Shown here one piece after another: positions 59,440-64,000 of a stretch of 64,000 nucleotides of DNA. The stretch's first letter is position 1, and every line of letters starts with the position of its first letter. The DNA comes from Eledone cirrhosa (Eukaryota), in the NCBI GenBank assembly GCA_964016885.1, contig OZ024741.1:389670001-389734000 (forward strand), given 5' to 3'. The translations under genes were made by a program, and so were the position numbers. The notes under the pieces are model-generated. The model had not been told where the DNA came from, did no database searches, and worked only from the letters and a program-made list of their open reading frames with translations.

Positions 59440-60445
59440 CATTAGAAAGCAGTACCTCCTTCTCTACCCTCACCTTTCTCTTTAAGTGGAACTTGAAGAA
59501 TTTGATGAAAGCTTGGCCAAAGAAGAACATTCCTATCCTCAATCCTTTTAGATAAATCCACCATACAGCTTCTCTTGCCAGAGTTACTAGACAATGGAAG
59601 ACTTACTATACCTCTCTTCTAAAACAAGGTGGTAGTTCAATCTTCATTATAGACTTAGCTGATAGTCAGATCTGTTCTACACATGATAGCAGTTGTTTGA
59701 CACAAGCCCATAACTCTGCAATGCACAGTCACTGGGCAATAGCATGTAGGATGGTTTTGCTGCCCTGTGTTCATTTCGAACAGGTCTGGCTGTTAGCACT
59801 TTTATGCCTGTAGAGCTTGTCTCAAACTGGAAGAGTTCCTCTATAGCATTGCCATGCCTAGGAGTTTGGGTTATTGTACATAATTCCCAGCCTGAAAGTC
59901 CTCTAGAAGAGCCTGTTTAGACTGTCCTGAGCCACACCCAGGCCATCATTACTCATACCTTCCACTAACCCCCATAGAATGCAAGTGTTGTTTTCTGGTC
60001 TTCTATTATATTGTTCAGCAGGTAAAATGCAGTGAGTGCCTGGCAATACTCTAGATGCCACTTGCCCATCCTTGGTGTGCGCTTGACCTACAACTGTAGC
60101 TCGATCAGGGAGACAAGCTGCTGGAAAACATGTCTCATGAAAGGTACCCATGCTTTTTGGGCTTCACTTTGATTCTCATCATTGTTGCAGTGCTTGAGGT
60201 AGTTCCACATGTGTGTTAGCTATAGTGCATGTCTGCATATCAATAGTGATGGCACTCTGAGGCAACCAAAAAGTGGAAGAGCATGCGTTCTAAACTGATT
60301 AGGTGTTTTGGGGGACATGGTATGACAGACAGGCGGTAGTATATCATCAAATTAATGCAGGTGCTTGACACTTCTGCTTGACCTTTAAGGGACAGCTTTC
60401 TCTCTGCCCATTCCTTGTTGAGATTGGCTACCTTTGTCATGACAA
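59440..60445 (-). mobile_element. Degraded Tx1-like LINE fragment
   Basis: WAERKLSLKGQAEV..IYYRLSVIPCP; 3' region similar to 39400-39850. Confidence 0.75.
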
Positions 60446-60771
60446 CTCACACAAATTCTATCTGCTACTCTGGTGATAACAAACATCATCATAAGCACCA
60501 GCAGTAACAACAGCAACATCAGCATCATCACTAGTTCACAGCAGACATTTGAATGCTTGTCATTTGACATATTTACAAAAGACAATGGGTATGTTGCAGC
60601 TATTATCTTGTGGTTTATATTACATACAATAGAGAAACTAACATGAAACACACAAATTACAACACATGCATGTTGTTGCTTGTCAAAAAGTCATGACTAA
60701 ACTTTCAAGAAACCAATATTAACGGTGACCAATGCATACATACACACATACATATGAGTGTAATTGTGTAT

Positions 60772-60803
<32 letters not shown>

Positions 60804-61143
60804 GGAGGCACATGGCTTAGTGGTTAGAGCATTGGCCTTGCAATCGAAAGGTTGTGAGTTCAATTCCCAGTTCGGGTGATGTGTTGTTTCCTTGAGCAAG
60901 ACACTTTATTTCACATTGCTCCAGTTTACTCAGCTGTAGAAATGAGATGATAGGGACTGGGGTCCCTATCATCCCACTGCAAAGTGGTCGTGGAGGTGCC
61001 ACAGCAAAAAAGCACCCAGCACTCACTGTAAATGAGGTTGGTGTTAGGAAGGGCATCCAGCTGTAGAAATCAAGCCAGAATCAGTTCCCGTCCCACCCTT
61101 GCAAGCAGGGAAAAAGCGGACGTAAAATGATGATGATGATGAT
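60804..61143 (+). mobile_element. Full-length CORE SINE with RTE-type tail
   Basis: A-box TGGCTTAGTGG, B-box GAGTTCAATTCC, CORE-like segment, (GAT)n tail. Confidence 0.88.
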
Positions 61144-61162
61144 ATATATATATATATATATA

Positions 61163-62511
61163 TAACGCTCATAGCTGAATCAATGGCTGAACCAATGGCT
61201 GAACTAGAGAAGAAATTCCAAACATGGAAGCACGGCCTAGAATCAAAGGGCCTTAAAATTAACCTGTCTAAGACTAAAGTTCTAGTTTGTAGGAAGAAAA
61301 ATAGGGCACTGGTCCCATCTGGGAAATGGCCATGCTCAGTGTGTAGGAAAGGAGTAGGTAGAAATTCCATTTTATGTCCTAAATGCAAAGTATGGGTGCA
61401 TAAAAGAGTAGTGGGATCACAGGTAAGCTAACTAAGAATATAGATTTTACATGTGGCCGGTGCTCAGGTGCAATAAGTAGCAGCAAGTGCCCACAGAATA
61501 CTAGCTCATTCCATTGCACAGATGGTTCTATAGAAATAGTGGACAACTTCCGTTACCTGGGTGACAAAATCGGCAGTGGGGGAGGGTGCTCTGAAAGTAC
61601 AGTAGCTAGAGTCAGAACGAGATGGAAAAAGTTCAGAGAGCTTATACCACTATTGGCCGCTAAAGGGTTCTCTCTAAAAATGAAAGGCAGGCTGTATGAT
61701 GCATGCATACGAACAGCAATGTTACATGGCAGTGAGACCTGGGTATTGTGTGCAGAGGATATACGCAGACTGGAGAGAAATGAAGTTTTCATGCTCCGCT
61801 GGATGTGTAATAGTAATATACATGAACGGCAAAGCATAAACGAACTAAGGGAGAAATTAGGAATAAGAGGGATCAGATGTTGTTTACTCGAGAGAAGACT
61901 ACGTTGGTACGGTCACATGATGCGCATGAAAGACGACAACTGTATAAAAAAGTGCAGGGCGATAAAAATAGACGGTAGCCACGGAGTAGGCAGACCCAGA
62001 AAAACCTGGGACGACTTGATAAATTCCGACCTCACACACTTACACCTCTCCAAGACAATGTCACTGGACCGAGATCTTTGGCGCTACACAGTTATACAGA
62101 AGACCTGCCTTACCTAAGTACAAAGCGAAACCTACAGTCAGTAGGCACCTCTAACAAAAATACACCCCCGTCCCACCACCCCCACCCCATCCACACCACC
62201 CCTTTCAATGTAAAGTTATGTTGGTACCACAACATCCAGTCCGAAATAAATGAGGTCGTGTAGGTGTCACGAAAAAAAAAACACACAGTCCACGCTGTAA
62301 TGTGGCCGTGTAGGTAACACGGTAAAAACCTCCCAGCCCCACACTGTAAATGTGGTTGGTGTTAAGAAGGGCATCCAGCCGTAGAAAACCCGCCAGATAG
62401 TACTATACGAGCAAGACAACCAATCTTGCCTCAAGTGGGAAAACTCCCGTCCAAACCCATGCAAGCGTGGAAGATGGACGTTAAACGATGATGATGATGA
62501 TGATGATGATG

Positions 62512-62512
<1 letters not shown>
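61163..62512 (+). mobile_element. RTE copy A family, 5'-truncated
   Basis: Closely similar to 20883-22333; one frameshift in the PHD region. Confidence 0.9.
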
Positions 62513-62559
<47 letters not shown>

Positions 62560-62674
62560 TTGCATATATATATATGTGTATATATATGTATATATATATA
62601 TATTATCATCATCGTCTGCTTTTCCCTGCTTGCAAGGGTTGGACGGGTCTTATTCAGCACAGCATCTCTCCACT

Positions 62675-63220
62675 TGTCATTGTATAAAAAAGTGCAGAGC
62701 GCTCAAAGTTGATGGACACCTTGGAGTGCAGAGACCCAGGAAGATTTGGTATGAGATGATAAAAGCTGACCTTGCTCAATTGCACAACACAGGACAGGGA
62801 TCTCTGGCATTATGCAGTAATACGGGAGACCTGCCTTCCCATGGGCACTGGCTGAAGCTGAAGCATACATATATATAGTGTGTACCACCCCACCCTCCCA
62901 TACATCTACATGAGGACAGGCTGTAGCATATATCCAGTGAAGCCTCCAGTCCACACTGTAAAGTAGTTGTGATGATGACACGACAAAAAGTGCCCAGCCC
63001 ACATTGTAGAGTGGTCGTGTAGGAGTCACAACAAAAAGCACCCAGTCCACACTGTAAATGTGGTTGGTCTTAGGAAGGGCATCCAGCCATAGAAACCAAG
63101 TCAGAAACAGTCTTGTGGTTGCAAGACACAGTTACCTGACCCAACTTGCCTCAAATGGGACAACCCATCTAACCCATGCAAGTGTGATAAAATGGACGTT
63201 AAACGGTGATGATGATGATT
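62675..63220 (+). mobile_element. Older RTE 3' fragment
   Basis: CIKKCRALKVDG..RPRKIW plus RTE tail. Confidence 0.75.
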
Positions 63221-63499
63221 TATACATGAGCAGTGAAGGAGGTTACTCTGAAAGCATGGTAGCTTAGGGAGGAGGCTGAACTTCATAACAGATTTGATAA
63301 AGGACCATGAGTAAAATTTGGAGAAGAGAAACTGAGGATGTCTGTGGGTGGGAGGGATGTTTTGTCCTTAGATGTAATCCACAACATGATTTAACATCAC
63401 AACCTTGTCATTGAGTACCATTAGCAGTGTCTATTCTATTGCAAACATTTGGGGTAAGTCTTTGATTCAAGAATAATTTCCTCTTTCTCTCACCTTTTA

Positions 63500-63948
63500 C
63501 CTGTCTACCATGTGTCTTTTACCTGTCCCCCACCTATCACCCACCTATCCCCCACCTATCCCTCACCTATCTCTCACCTGTCCCCTACCTATCCCCACCT
63601 GTCTCCCACATATTTCCCACCTGTCTTGCACCTATCCCCCAACTGTCCCCCACCTACCCCCCACCTGTCCCCCAACTGTCCCCCAACTGTCCCCCACCTA
63701 TCTCCCACCTATCCCCCATCTATCTCCCACCTATCCCCCAACTGTCCCCCACTTATCTCACACCTGTCCCCCACCTATCTCTCACCTGTCTCCCACCTAT
63801 CTCTCACCTGTCTCCCACCTGTCTCCCACCTATCTCTCACCTGTCTCCCACCTATTTCTCACTTGTCCTCCACATATCTACCACCTATCTCCCACATACC
63901 TTCCACCTATACCCCACTTGTCTCCTACCTGTTCCCAACCTATCCCTG
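63500..63948. repeat. 11-bp minisatellite (CCCACCTRTCY)n
   Basis: About 40 degenerate tandem units. Confidence 0.9.
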
Positions 63949-64000
63949 AGCCCTGAAAAATGTTACAGGGGTGGGGGGCTGTTCTGCTTCCTCTGATTAA

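Noticed and set aside
60804-60880. tRNA gene-like A/B boxes
   Set aside because: Continuous with CORE and RTE-tail sequence and multi-copy, so a SINE head rather than a tRNA
63510-63956. Pro/His/Thr-rich ORFs (148 and 145 aa)
   Set aside because: By-product of the 11-bp C-rich minisatellite; no independent evidence of coding

Overview
AT-rich, repeat-dominated animal genomic DNA. The SINE/LINE repertoire (CORE- and Meta-domain tRNA SINEs, RTE, R4/Dong, Tx1, CR1) is most consistent with an octopod cephalopod; this is an inference. There are no prokaryotic features. A host gene on the minus strand can be rebuilt from five phase-compatible GT-AG exons (45050-44856, 14534-14459, 12512-12309, 9304-9068, 6496-6321). 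They give at least 296 aa of low-complexity Ser/Glu/Lys/Asn-rich protein that I cannot name, and there are candidate upstream exons near 51 kb, including an 11-nt microexon. The introns and flanks hold nested retroelements: R4/Dong-like RLE LINEs in (TAA)n, several RTE families, a CsRn1/Kabuki-clade Gypsy element, CR1, CRE/Zenon-like, Tx1-like and Ingi/Vingi-like fragments, many SINEs, and hAT and mariner remnants. The most notable observations are two decayed hammerhead-ribozyme motifs (one with a U3-A8 core), a Meta-SINE 3' tail resembling the Tx1-like LINE tail, a triple-nested insertion in one RTE copy, and several long fold-back inverted repeats. I found no clearly novel multi-gene system. 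Repeat boundaries are approximate and were read by eye.
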